64,000 nt of DNA from Candidatus Levyibacteriota bacterium (GTDB lineage: Bacteria > Patescibacteriota > Microgenomatia > Levybacterales > UBA12049), in the NCBI GenBank assembly GCA_016186645.1, contig JACPLF010000010.1:10269-74268 (forward strand), written 5' to 3'. The notes under the pieces are model-generated. The model was not told where the DNA came from and ran no database searches. It saw only the letters and a program-made list of their open reading frames with translations. Positions 1 to 9,282 of this stretch are shown here, piece by piece; within the stretch, counting starts at the first letter, position 1; each line of letters starts with the position of its first letter. The position numbers and the translations under genes are program-made.

Positions 1-843
1 CTCACTAAGTGTTATGATCTGACTAACAGAAGAAAGATTATTATTTAATACTGCATCAGCAACTGCTTGTCCGCCAATTCGATTTACCACGTTTGTTGCA
101 ATAAGGTTCTGCACTGCCTGATCCGGAAGAACAGTGACTGTTTTTTGTCCTGCCGGCGTATTAACAGTAAGCATATTGGTAACAAGGTCAATTGAAAGAG
201 GAAAGTCTGTTATTGCGCCTGTTGTACCTCTTTGGATAATGAATTTTTCTGCTCCTGCTGTTGCAATCTTGATTCCGCTTATCCCTAGTCGTTCTTCAAT
301 CTTGAAGATTGTATTATCTTCCAGTTCTACCTCTGTTCCGTCTTCCTGTTCTGCCTTAATAATCATTCTATCATCACGGATTTCAAGACGTGTTTTTATA
401 CCTCCAGATGTAATGTCAATTCTGGTTTGTCCATCTTTTGTGCGGGTACGAATTCTTTCTTCCTCGCTAAGTCTCACTTCCGTACGGGTTTCATCTTGTT
501 TTGCTTCTGTTTGCGTGCGAACACCATTTTCGGTTCTTGTTTCAGTCACCCCGGAGTTTCCACTATTACTGTTTGAGTCTGAGCTTCCTGATGATCCGCT
601 CCCGCTACTTCCAGAATCAGAATTTCCTGAAGATCCGCTCCCGCTAGAGTTACTTCCCGAGGAATCACTGCCACTTCCTGAAGAGCCACTATCATCACCC
701 TTTGCAAGATAAGTGGTGATGCCCAAAGTATTATTACCTGAAGCAAGTAATTTGAGAATAATTACTATTAATAGAACTGCAATTAAAATTACAGGTAGTG
801 GCATTGAGGAAAACTGAGAAGATTTCTTACTCTTTCTTTTCAT
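1..843 (-). CDS. Membrane-anchored/exported protein with Ser/Gly-rich linker (partial, runs off window start)
   Basis: ATG at 843 opens MKRKSKKSSQFSSMPLPVILIAVLLIVIILKLL.., then GSSGS repeats and ..TRTEVRLSEEERIRTRTKDG..; no stop to base 1, so absent from the ORF track; the 134..712 + ORF is its antisense shadow. Confidence 0.8.
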   Translation of the reverse strand, partial: MKRKSKKSSQFSSMPLPVILIAVLLIVIILKLLASGNNTLGITTYLAKGDDSGSSGSGSDSSGSNSSGSGSSGNSDSGSSGSGSSGSSDSNSNSGNSGVTETRTENGVRTQTEAKQDETRTEVRLSEEERIRTRTKDGQTRIDITSGGIKTRLEIRDDRMIIKAEQEDGTEVELEDNTIFKIEERLGISGIKIATAGAEKFIIQRGTTGAITDFPLSIDLVTNMLTVNTPAGQKTVTVLPDQAVQNLIATNVVNRIGGQAVADAVLNNNLSSVSQIITLSE

Positions 844-921
844 CTTTATTATATTTAGGCACAAATATCAAGTGTTTGTCAAGCGCCTCTGGTTTTGCAG
901 GCAAAAATGCCGCTATCAAAA

Positions 922-1305
922 CTAATTCATTTTGAGGACTTCTTTGATTTTGTCTAGAATTCCTTCAAGTTTGACGTCAGATTTTACTAAATAATATGCA
1001 GGCTCATTTTGAAGTACAGAATTTATTACTGAATTAGCATTGGGAGTAACATTGGTCAGGATAATAACCGGAGCTTTCTTTCCCCATTCATCTTCTCTGA
1101 GTTTTTGCAGCATGATCATGCCATCCATTTTTGGCATGAGAATATCCAAAAGAATAAGATCGGGATGCTCTTTTAGAGCAGTTGCCAGCCCTTCTTCTCC
1201 GTCTCTTGCCAAAAGAGTTGCAAATTCCTGATTGATCAAATAATCGGAAACTGCATGCAGCATTGATTCTTCGTCTTCGACTACCAAAATCTTCTTCTTA
1301 TCCAC
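922..1305 (-). CDS. Single-domain response regulator (CheY-like receiver)
   Basis: ILVVEDE, PDLILLDILMPKMDG, VIILTN, YLVK motifs; likely GTG start at 1305. Confidence 0.9.
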   Translation of the reverse strand: MDKKKILVVEDEESMLHAVSDYLINQEFATLLARDGEEGLATALKEHPDLILLDILMPKMDGMIMLQKLREDEWGKKAPVIILTNVTPNANSVINSVLQNEPAYYLVKSDVKLEGILDKIKEVLKMN

Positions 1306-1357
1306 TTCTTTTATTGTAAATAAGAGTAAAGCCGTTTGCAATACCTAAACAGGTAAG

Positions 1358-1467
1358 CCCGCCTGCCATCGCTACGCCCGTCTGTGTTGTCCTTGTCCGG
1401 GACATTGCGCGAATCACTGCGTGCGGTTGCAAAACATTGCGGACAGGCTCAGGCGTTAGCGGGCAGG
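1358..1467. repeat. Nested GC-rich palindromic repeat (CCCGCCTG...GCGGGCAGG family)
   Basis: Outer copy 1358-1376 plus 1448-1467 is interrupted by a related inner copy 1377-1447; same family in reverse orientation at 44817-44853. Confidence 0.7.
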
Positions 1468-2189
1468 GATATAAAAAATGTCGTTCCCTTGTTTTCCTCT
1501 GATTTAAAGTCAATCTGGGCATTCATCTTTTTTAAGATGCGTTTAATTAAATATAGACTAAAACCCATATCTTTAGAATTAACAGAATCAGCTAATATTT
1601 TGGACTTATGTTCTTTAGGAATTCCATAACCGCTATCTTTTATTTCAATAAATAATTTTTTGTCTGAAAAAACTGCTTTGATAGATACATTTCCATTTTC
1701 AGGAGTATATCTTATTGCATTTTCAATAAGGTTCTGAAGAGCTATTCCTAACAGCTTTGGATCCACCTGAATTATAACCTCTCTGTCTGTTGGATAAATC
1801 TCTTCAAGGTGCAACTTATGTCTTTCAATTTTCAGTTGTAACTCCTTAAGAATTTTACCTACCATTTCCTTTACATTGACCGTTTCTGTTTTAATAGAAA
1901 TATTGCCAGCCTCAAGCTGCAAAAGGACAATTAGAGATTCAATAGTCTCATTCAATTTTTCGCTTGCATTATAAATTTCTGTAAAATATTCTTCCTGCTT
2001 ATCATTTAAATTGCCAACTGATTTATCTGAAAGAAGCTCAATGTACCATCTTATTATCGAAATTGGGGATCTAAATCTATGAACCATAACGTGAAAGAAT
2101 TCTATTTTCTCTTTTTCTTGTTTGGACAATATAATATAAAAAAATATTGTTATTATTATTAGACCCAAAATTGCTAAAAATAGTGGCAT
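1449..2189 (-). CDS. Sensor histidine kinase (HisKA + HATPase_c, one N-terminal TM)
   Basis: H-box HRFRSPIS, N-box NLIENAIRY, DSGYGI, GTTF. Confidence 0.9.
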   Translation of the reverse strand: MPLFLAILGLIIITIFFYIILSKQEKEKIEFFHVMVHRFRSPISIIRWYIELLSDKSVGNLNDKQEEYFTEIYNASEKLNETIESLIVLLQLEAGNISIKTETVNVKEMVGKILKELQLKIERHKLHLEEIYPTDREVIIQVDPKLLGIALQNLIENAIRYTPENGNVSIKAVFSDKKLFIEIKDSGYGIPKEHKSKILADSVNSKDMGFSLYLIKRILKKMNAQIDFKSEENKGTTFFISLPANA

Positions 2190-2209
2190 ATTTTTACTAT
2201 ACTATATTT

Positions 2210-2761
2210 ATGGATAAAAGTGGATTACTTGCAAAAATTGCGAAGGCTATAGAAAAGTGCGGAGTTTGTAAGGAGAATAAGAGCGGAAAGGCAGTAGTTG
2301 GTGAAGGAAGTGCAGATGCTAAGGTTATTTTTATAGGGGAAGCACCGGGAAGAAAAGAAGCAGCAACAGGTCGGCCTTTTGTTGGGAGATCTGGTCAGCT
2401 TTTGAGAAGTTTAATAAGGGAAGCCGGATTAAAAGAAGAAGATGTCTACATTACAAGTCCGGTAAAATACTCGCCAGATAGTGGAACGCCAACTGTTAAA
2501 GATATTGAGCATGGAAAAATACACCTGCAAAAACAGTTGGATATAATTGCTCCCAAAATCATAGTGCTTCTAGGCAGGGTGGCAACACTAGGAGTTCTGG
2601 GAGAAATGATAGCGATCAATAAAATGCATGGAGTAATTATCGATAAAGATGATAAGAAATATTTTATAACTTTTCATCCTGCTGCCGCTCTTCGGTTTCC
2701 GCCTCTTAAGGAAAAACTTATTGAGGATTTCAAAAAGTTAAAAAAATTGCTTGAAACCTAA
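2210..2761 (+). CDS. Uracil-DNA glycosylase family 4
   Basis: GEAPG, GRPFVGRSG, TFHPAAALR motifs; start at ATG 2210 avoids overlap with the kinase. Confidence 0.9.
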   Translation: MDKSGLLAKIAKAIEKCGVCKENKSGKAVVGEGSADAKVIFIGEAPGRKEAATGRPFVGRSGQLLRSLIREAGLKEEDVYITSPVKYSPDSGTPTVKDIEHGKIHLQKQLDIIAPKIIVLLGRVATLGVLGEMIAINKMHGVIIDKDDKKYFITFHPAAALRFPPLKEKLIEDFKKLKKLLET

Positions 2762-2792
2762 GAAAAACCCCCGACTTATCAAGGGCTTTTCT
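2762..2792. terminator. Intrinsic terminator-like hairpin
   Basis: GAAAAACCCCCGACTTATCAAGGGCTTTTC with A/T tracts on both sides, right after the UDG stop; resembles 25021-25050. Confidence 0.55.
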
Positions 2793-2941
2793 TATCTTAG
2801 TAGACATGGACTGTTATGAAGACTAGCACCTGCTCATTACCATATCTTAATAGCTAACGCTCAGTCTAATCTTACTCGTTAAGGAATATAAGAAAAAAGT
2901 GTAAGAGTTTGGTAAGTTATGTATACTATAAATAGACTGTC

Positions 2942-3820
2942 ATGACTAAATCTCATTATCAGCACCTTAGGGACAGATGGCGAGCCCGACATCAGGACTT
3001 ACAAAGGACACTTTGGAATAAGCATAAAGAATCTTTAGACTGGCTCTCTAACAATTATAGACAGCTGGTAGCAGGCAGCCTGGGAGGATTGATGCTTCTG
3101 ACTGGACACGCCTCCACTCCCACCCTAAATTTCCCTCAGGCTGGTGCTTCTGAGTCTGCAGAGAAAATAATTGATAAGAGAGTGTTTTTGATCTCAGATT
3201 TAGCTAAAATTTTACCTACCCAGGTGAGAACCCTAACTGCCGATGAAGAACAAAAAGCTTTAGACATTTTATCCAGAACTTTTAATTTGAAGCTTGCAGC
3301 CGAACTAGAAGGAAAAAGACTTAACAGAAGCTACGGATTGATAGGTGCAGAGCAACATTTAGCACGATACCCGGGAGATACTCTAAGTACTCATTTTGAT
3401 CAAGAAGAGGAGAGAGAATCATATTGGCAATCGGGAATGGCGCCTGGGCTTGGCGCATGGAGATATTTTGCTAATTCGAGAGACTCACTTACGCAATTAG
3501 ACGCAGATAGGGAAAAATACTACATTGCAGTTCAGACTTTTTTGTCAAAAGACTTTAATAACCGGTTTGCAGAATATAGGGATTTTTATAAATATAGAAA
3601 AATGTTGGTAGTCAACCCAAATAATGGGAAGGCGATAGTTGTCGATATCGGAGATGCGGGGCCCGGTGAATCAACGGGTAAACACTTGGGAGGATCTCCA
3701 GAGGTTATGCATTATCTTGAAAGATTTGATGGAAGACAAAGAGGGCCAGTGTTGTACTTTTTTATAGATGATCCAGATGATAAGATTAAGTTGGGACCGA
3801 TAAGCGAGTTGTCATCCTGA
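2942..3820 (+). CDS. Hypothetical protein with possible RlpA/DPBB-like C-terminal domain
   Basis: KMLVVNPNNGKAIVVDIGDAGP resembles the RlpA/expansin double-psi beta-barrel motif; hydrophobic segment near N-terminus. Confidence 0.5.
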   Translation: MTKSHYQHLRDRWRARHQDLQRTLWNKHKESLDWLSNNYRQLVAGSLGGLMLLTGHASTPTLNFPQAGASESAEKIIDKRVFLISDLAKILPTQVRTLTADEEQKALDILSRTFNLKLAAELEGKRLNRSYGLIGAEQHLARYPGDTLSTHFDQEEERESYWQSGMAPGLGAWRYFANSRDSLTQLDADREKYYIAVQTFLSKDFNNRFAEYRDFYKYRKMLVVNPNNGKAIVVDIGDAGPGESTGKHLGGSPEVMHYLERFDGRQRGPVLYFFIDDPDDKIKLGPISELSS

Positions 3821-3829
3821 GATGATATT

Positions 3830-4162
3830 ATGAAAAAATATTTTTATACACATATCATAGACACATCTACTCTTTCTTTAGAATTGGGGAATATGGAATT
3901 AGATGCTGCGGAAAGAGCGCATCTGATTTCGCTTGTTGATTCAAACATTCATCATGCAGTTTTAGACTTAGTTTTATCAGAGCTTAATCCTGTAGATAAA
4001 AAAACATTTTTAGCCCACTTAGCATCGGAAAACCATGACAAAGTCTGGAAATTTTTAAATGGGAAGGTAGAGAATATTGAAGAAAAAATAAAAAAAACCG
4101 CAGAAGATTTAAAAAAAGAGTTACACAAAGACATAGAAGAAGTACGAACGATTAAGGATTAA
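3830..4162 (+). CDS. Hypothetical helical protein
   Basis: 110-aa ORF closely following the upstream gene. Confidence 0.6.
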   Translation: MKKYFYTHIIDTSTLSLELGNMELDAAERAHLISLVDSNIHHAVLDLVLSELNPVDKKTFLAHLASENHDKVWKFLNGKVENIEEKIKKTAEDLKKELHKDIEEVRTIKD

Positions 4163-4458
4163 TTATTAAACAGGTATTTTTGTAAGTCTATTTTTCCTTT
4201 ACTAAATTTTATTCCCTCTTTTTCCAATATTTCTTTCTGTTTTTTGAGTCCACCAAAAGCATAACCTTTCGCTAGGGATCCATCACTTTTTACTACGCGA
4301 TGGCAGGGAATTTTTTTGGGGTCAATGTTTTTATGAAGGCAAAAACCAACAAGTCTTGGGTTTTTAATCTCTGTTAATTTTGCAATTTGTTTGTAGGTTG
4401 AAACTTTGACTTTTGGAATCTTCGAGACTATTTTGTAAACTTTTTCAAAAGAATTCAC
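4159..4458 (-). CDS. Methylated-DNA-protein-cysteine methyltransferase (MGMT/Ogt family, short form)
   Basis: STYKQIA, IPCHRVV active-site motif, LEKEG. Confidence 0.9.
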   Translation of the reverse strand: MNSFEKVYKIVSKIPKVKVSTYKQIAKLTEIKNPRLVGFCLHKNIDPKKIPCHRVVKSDGSLAKGYAFGGLKKQKEILEKEGIKFSKGKIDLQKYLFNN

Positions 4459-4793
4459 TAGCGTTTTTCCTTAAGGTACCTTTCTTCTATTTTTTTCAGC
4501 TTATCTCCAACTGCACGTTCTACATCTACCCCTGCAGCAATTGCTAACTGCATGGCAGTTATAATAACATCTGCAAACTCTTCATACATATTGCGTTTGT
4601 CGAAATTTTGCAGCTTTGCGCGCCGTTGGAGTTTGAGAATCGAAAGAATATCATTGCATAGTTCTCCCACTTCTTCATTTAACTTCACTGTCTTTGTCAG
4701 AATCTCTTTTTCTGCTTGAGAGTAAAGTTTGTATTGGGGTCTTGTTTTCTCATTTAACAATTTAATTTTTTCTTGAAGGGATTTGAGATTCAT
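4458..4793 (-). CDS. MazG-like nucleotide pyrophosphohydrolase
   Basis: KLNEEVGEL...EEFADV motifs; start at ATG 4793. Confidence 0.8.
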   Translation of the reverse strand: MNLKSLQEKIKLLNEKTRPQYKLYSQAEKEILTKTVKLNEEVGELCNDILSILKLQRRAKLQNFDKRNMYEEFADVIITAMQLAIAAGVDVERAVGDKLKKIEERYLKEKR

Positions 4794-4809
4794 GCTACCA
4801 TTGTAACAT

Positions 4810-5193
4810 ATGGAAGAGGTAAAAAGTGAGCAGTCCTGGAACAAAAAAAGAATTTTTGCTGCAGTACTCTTATTAACGTTATTGGCAGTAGGGGGATATT
4901 TTTTCAAAACCCGTGTTCTTGGTACAAATTCATCTTTCTCAAATCCCTTCAGATCGGTTAAAAGCGCAAGTTCAGAACAAAATAATGGTAATGGGGGAAA
5001 TTTAAATGTCGGACTGCAAAAAGTTGTAAAAGATCAGCTTGATAATTTAAAACAGGAAGTCTCAAAATTGAATATTGCAGAAGTAGCTTCTTCTTCCCCT
5101 CAAGTTCAGAAAATAATTAATGATATTAAATCTTTGGAGCAATATCCGACTAACCAAGTAAAAGAAATTTGTAGGCAAATTTGCGGTTTATAA
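4810..5193 (+). CDS. Hypothetical single-pass membrane protein
   Basis: N-terminal TM segment, coiled C-terminus ending CRQICGL. Confidence 0.65.
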   Translation: MEEVKSEQSWNKKRIFAAVLLLTLLAVGGYFFKTRVLGTNSSFSNPFRSVKSASSEQNNGNGGNLNVGLQKVVKDQLDNLKQEVSKLNIAEVASSSPQVQKIINDIKSLEQYPTNQVKEICRQICGL

Positions 5194-5202
5194 AATATGG
5201 AT

Positions 5203-5278
5203 CCCGTTAGAAAATACATATCAGAAAAGAATACATACATTCAACAAATTAACTCAGAAAGGAGGGTTTTCTAACGGG
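5203..5278. mobile_element. MITE-like element with 12-bp terminal inverted repeats and 6-bp target duplication
   Basis: CCCGTTAGAAAA...TTTTCTAACGGG flanked by ATGGAT at 5197-5202 and 5279-5284. Confidence 0.75.
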
Positions 5279-6283
5279 ATGGATGAGATAAAAGAAAGAG
5301 TAAATAAGCTATTAATAAAATTTGATGCTGATAAAAAAAGACAGGAAATAAGGAAAATTGAAGCGGAAAGCACAGAGCCTAATTTCTGGCAGGACCATAA
5401 AAATGCAGCTATCAAAATGAAGGAGATGTCTGACCTCCAAGCTGAAATTTCAAAAGCAGAAATTCTGCAAAGCAGAATTGATAATGGTGATTTTGCTGGA
5501 GCAAAAGAGCTATTGGAGGAACTTGAGGTTTTTCTTTATTTATCGGGTTCCTATGATAAAAGTTCTGCAATTTTATCTATTCACGCAGGCCAAGGAGGGG
5601 TTGAGGCAATGGATTGGGCGCAGATGCTTTTTAGAATGTATGCCAGATACGCTGAAAGAAAAGGGTTTAAAACTGAGATAATTGATGAGACATTTGGGGA
5701 AGAAGCAGGATACAAAAGCGTTACCATAACAGTTTCCGGAAAATATGCCTATGGATATTTAAAAGGAGAAGCCGGAGTCCATCGTTTGGTCAGGCTTTCC
5801 CCATATAATGCTGATAATCTTAGGCAAACTTCTTTTGCTTTGGTAGAAGTGTTGCCAGATATTGGAGATAACCAAGAAATAAAAATTAAAGAAGATGATT
5901 TGGAATGGGATTTTTTTAGAGCAGGAGGGCATGGAGGGCAAAATGTAAATAAAGTCTCAACAGCAGTAAGATTGAAACACAAGCCAACAGGGATTGTGGT
6001 AACCGCTCAGACGGAAAGATTTCAAGCCCAAAACCGAGAGTATGCATTGAAGATTCTACGGGCAAAATTATGGATTTTGAAGGAAGAAGAGCGTAAGAAG
6101 CAGGAAAAACAATTAAAAGGCGGATACAAAACGCCGGGATGGGGAAATCAAATTCGTTCTTACGTCTTACACCCTTATCATATGGTGAAAGATCTGCGTA
6201 CAGATTTTGAAACCGGCAATACGGAAGTAGTTCTGGATGGAGATCTGGATGAATTTATAGATGAAGAATTAAGAAAGCTGTAG
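5279..6283 (+). CDS. prfB: Peptide chain release factor 2
   Basis: [11 protein letters not shown] (SPF-type motif), [16 protein letters not shown]; continuous ORF. Confidence 0.95.
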   Translation: MDEIKERVNKLLIKFDADKKRQEIRKIEAESTEPNFWQDHKNAAIKMKEMSDLQAEISKAEILQSRIDNGDFAGAKELLEELEVFLYLSGSYDKSSAILSIHAGQGGVEAMDWAQMLFRMYARYAERKGFKTEIIDETFGEEAGYKSVTITVSGKYAYGYLKGEAGVHRLVRLSPYNADNLRQTSFALVEVLPDIGDNQEIKIKEDDLEWDFFRAGGHGGQNVNKVSTAVRLKHKPTGIVVTAQTERFQAQNREYALKILRAKLWILKEEERKKQEKQLKGGYKTPGWGNQIRSYVLHPYHMVKDLRTDFETGNTEVVLDGDLDEFIDEELRKL

Positions 6284-6318
6284 TTTGCTATGAACTCTTT
6301 AACCTGAACCTGAACTCT

Positions 6319-6350
6319 TTAACCTGGAAGGTTGAGCAGTCTCGCAACCT
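6319..6350. repeat. REP-like left end of RAYT locus
   Basis: TTAACCTGGAAGGTTGAGCAGTCTCGCAACCT; 15-nt hairpin core repeated at 7089-7103. Confidence 0.7.
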
Positions 6351-6386
6351 CTTGACATCTGTCGTTTTATTTATTACAAAGAATAT

Positions 6387-7061
6387 ATGTCCTTTATTCG
6401 GCGCACGCCACTAGTTAATGGTGGTTTTTACCATATATTTAATCGAGGTGTTGCTAGGGCACCCACTTTTCTCTCAAGAGCCGAATATAAACAAGCAATG
6501 CTTACCCTTTCTTATTATCGGTACGCAAAGCCTCCTGTTTCCCTTGCAAGATTTAAAGAATTTTCCCAGGAGGAGCGTCAGCAACTTTTGAATTCACTGC
6601 AAAAAACTGAAAAACTTGTTGAGATTGTGGCTTTTGTATTAATGCCTAACCACTTTCACTTTCTTCTTAAACAGAATAAAGATAACGGTATCTCTAAATT
6701 TGTCAGCCAATTTACAAATAGCTACACAAGATATTTTAATACCTTAAATGAAAGAGTTGGCCCTTTATTTCAGGGAGTTTTTAAATCTGTATATATTGAA
6801 GCCGATGAGCAGCTAATTCACGTTTCTCGTTATATTCATCTTAATCCAGTAGTTTCTAATGTGATAAGAGAGGAGGATCTTCTTGCATATCCCTGGTCAT
6901 CACTTCCCGATTATTTGGGAAGTGGCGTGTCAGCACAAATATTCACAGACCCCGTGCTTTCTCATTTCAAAAGTCCTCAGGAATACAGAAGATTTATTTT
7001 CGATCAGATTGGCTATGGAAAAGAATTGGAAAGAATTAAACACCTGGTCGTAGATGATTAG
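6387..7061 (+). CDS. REP-associated tyrosine transposase (RAYT, Y1/HUH family)
   Basis: YHIFNRG, FVLMPNHFH (HUH motif), LFQGVFKS, RYIHLNPV, YPWSS. Confidence 0.9.
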   Translation: MSFIRRTPLVNGGFYHIFNRGVARAPTFLSRAEYKQAMLTLSYYRYAKPPVSLARFKEFSQEERQQLLNSLQKTEKLVEIVAFVLMPNHFHFLLKQNKDNGISKFVSQFTNSYTRYFNTLNERVGPLFQGVFKSVYIEADEQLIHVSRYIHLNPVVSNVIREEDLLAYPWSSLPDYLGSGVSAQIFTDPVLSHFKSPQEYRRFIFDQIGYGKELERIKHLVVDD

Positions 7062-7073
7062 GGAAATAAATGT

Positions 7074-7104
7074 AGGTGGCGAATCTGCTTAACCTGGAAG
7101 GTTA
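7074..7104. repeat. REP-like right end of RAYT locus
   Basis: AGGTGGCGAATCTGCTTAACCTGGAAGGTTA, imperfect inverted copy of 6320-6350. Confidence 0.7.
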
Positions 7105-7162
7105 CAGTTGCTTTTTATCGGTTGCTAAAAGTGAAATTTTGTGCTTTACTTAAAGTATTGAA

Positions 7163-7633
7163 ATGGACAAAAAGAAAGATGCTCAAGCGCCATTAGATGT
7201 CGATCCAAAAATCTCTCAAAATCCTGAGAATATTAACTCCATTTTCACAAGAAATCTATTCATTTTTATTATTGGAGCTGTTGTAATGGGGGGAATGGTC
7301 GGATTTATATTAAGCGACAGGAAGTCTAGCGGTAACACTCTCAATACGGGCACAATTAATTCTTCTGAAATATCAAAAGGAACAGTTGTTGGCTCAAGCG
7401 ATACTAAGACTTTTAAAGATATGGCAACAGGGACACTCAAAGAAGGCGGAATCAAAGGAGAAGGACAATTTCATTTGGTTCGTCCAGGAGGAGACAGTCA
7501 AAATGTCTATCTCACATCATCAAGTGTAGATTTATCCAAATTTGTCGGCAAAAAAATCAAAATCTGGGGAGAAACCGAAAAAGCGCAATATGCAGGATGG
7601 TTAATGGATGTAGGTCGTGTAGAAGTCCTCTAA
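7163..7633 (+). CDS. Hypothetical membrane-anchored protein
   Basis: One TM segment plus a beta-rich C-terminal domain; adjoins ftsE. Confidence 0.65.
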   Translation: MDKKKDAQAPLDVDPKISQNPENINSIFTRNLFIFIIGAVVMGGMVGFILSDRKSSGNTLNTGTINSSEISKGTVVGSSDTKTFKDMATGTLKEGGIKGEGQFHLVRPGGDSQNVYLTSSSVDLSKFVGKKIKIWGETEKAQYAGWLMDVGRVEVL

Positions 7634-7635
7634 TT

Positions 7636-8421
7636 ATGATTCGGCTAAGTAAAGTTTCAAAACAATTTCCGACTGGTGTTTTTGCCCTGGAAAATATTAG
7701 TTTTGAGGTAGGAAAAGGAGAGTTCGTTCTTTTAGTAGGTCCTACAGGAAGTGGTAAGACTACTATTTTTAGACTTTTGACCAGAGAATCTCTTCCAACA
7801 GGTGGTGAAATAGTGGTTGATAATTGGGATATTGTGAAGCTTCCGGGAAATAAAATCTCCCATCTTCGCAAAAAGATAGGAGTAGTTTTCCAGGACCTAA
7901 AATTGCTGATGGATAGAACCATTTTTGAAAATATTATTCTCCCTCTTGAAGTTTCGGGAATAAATCCTGTCTCTGCAAAAAAGATTGCCGAGGAGATAAT
8001 GGAAAAAGTTGGAATTGAGTCTCATAAAGACAAATTCCCCATTCAGCTTTCAGGAGGAGAGCTCCAGAGAGCTGCGATTGCAAGAGCTTTAACGCTGGAG
8101 CCTGATATTCTTTTGGCAGATGAGCCAACTGGAAATTTAGATCAGGAAACAGCAATGGAAATAGTAAAACTTCTTTTAGAGATTAATAAAAAGGGTACTA
8201 CTATTATTATGGCAACACACAATGAAGACATTATGAAAGCACTTTCAAAAAGAGTAATCTTTCTGAATAAGGGTAAATTAGCTAAAGACAGTGCCCCAAT
8301 GCATTCTCCACCTAAATCAGATAATATAGAGAAGGGAAATAAAAAGGCGGAAAGTAAGCCAAAACCGGAAAAGAAAAATCCTTCGGCAGGCTCAGGATTA
8401 AAAGAAGATGAAGACTTTTAA
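7636..8421 (+). CDS. ftsE: Cell division ABC ATPase FtsE
   Basis: GPTGSGKT, VFQD, LSGGELQR, ADEPTGNLD, ATHN; precedes ftsX. Confidence 0.9.
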   Translation: MIRLSKVSKQFPTGVFALENISFEVGKGEFVLLVGPTGSGKTTIFRLLTRESLPTGGEIVVDNWDIVKLPGNKISHLRKKIGVVFQDLKLLMDRTIFENIILPLEVSGINPVSAKKIAEEIMEKVGIESHKDKFPIQLSGGELQRAAIARALTLEPDILLADEPTGNLDQETAMEIVKLLLEINKKGTTIIMATHNEDIMKALSKRVIFLNKGKLAKDSAPMHSPPKSDNIEKGNKKAESKPKPEKKNPSAGSGLKEDEDF

Positions 8422-9274
8422 GACAACATGGCGCAACATAAGACGTTCTCCATATCAGGCTTTTGCTGCGATATTTGTCATGACTCTTACTTTTCTATTC
8501 ATATCTTTTTTTACTTTTCTTTTGTATGGTTCATCAAAAGCAATTAGCTACTTTGAGTCTCGTCCTCAAGTAACAGCGTTTTTCAAAAATGAAGTAAAGC
8601 AAGCAGATATAGATAATCTAAAAAATGAATTAAATGCGACCAATAAAGTTGCAGAAATAAAGTTTGTTTCTAAAGAGGATGCTCTTAAAATCTATAGAGA
8701 GCAGAATAAAAGTGATCCTTTACTTTTGGAATTAGTCACTGCAGATATTCTCCCTGCATCCTTGGAAATTTCCACTATAAAAATTGAAGACCTGTCTGAA
8801 ATAAATAATAAGCTTAAAGACTCCCCATTGGTTTCTGAGGTAGTTTTTCAAAAAGACGTAGTTTCTGTTTTGACTTCCTGGACAAATGCGCTTAGAACTA
8901 TTGGATTGGGACTAATAATTGTCCTCTCTTTGGTTTCTATTTTCATCATGGTGATTATTATAGGAATAAAAATATCTCAGAAAAAACAAGACATAGAGAT
9001 AATGAGGCTTATCGGTGCCGGAGGCTGGTATATCAGATGGCCTTTTATGCTTGAGGGGATTTTTTATGGAACTTTCGGAGCATTGTTAGGTTGGATGATC
9101 TCAACAGGAGCCTTGTGGTATGCAACACCGTTTTTGTCCTCCTTTCTTAAAGGAATTCCAATTTTTCCTCTGCCTCTGGTTTTCATATTTGGTTTGCTGG
9201 GAATAGAGATAGCGGTTGCTGTAGTTTTGGGAACTCTTTCGAGTTTCTTGGCAGTATTGAGATATCTTAAATAA
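8408..9274 (+). CDS. ftsX: Cell division permease FtsX
   Basis: 4-TM layout, VSKEDAL, IEIMRLIGA..IRWPFMLEG. Confidence 0.9.
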   Translation: MKTFKTTWRNIRRSPYQAFAAIFVMTLTFLFISFFTFLLYGSSKAISYFESRPQVTAFFKNEVKQADIDNLKNELNATNKVAEIKFVSKEDALKIYREQNKSDPLLLELVTADILPASLEISTIKIEDLSEINNKLKDSPLVSEVVFQKDVVSVLTSWTNALRTIGLGLIIVLSLVSIFIMVIIIGIKISQKKQDIEIMRLIGAGGWYIRWPFMLEGIFYGTFGALLGWMISTGALWYATPFLSSFLKGIPIFPLPLVFIFGLLGIEIAVAVVLGTLSSFLAVLRYLK

Positions 9275-9282
9275 TATGTTTT

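Noticed and set aside
134-712. 192-aa plus-strand ORF with LPE repeats
   Set aside because: Antisense shadow of the Ser/Gly-rich minus-strand gene starting at 843
5315-5330. Canonical prfB programmed frameshift
   Set aside because: The ORF is continuous (AAA TTT GAT); no CTT TGA slip site or internal SD here
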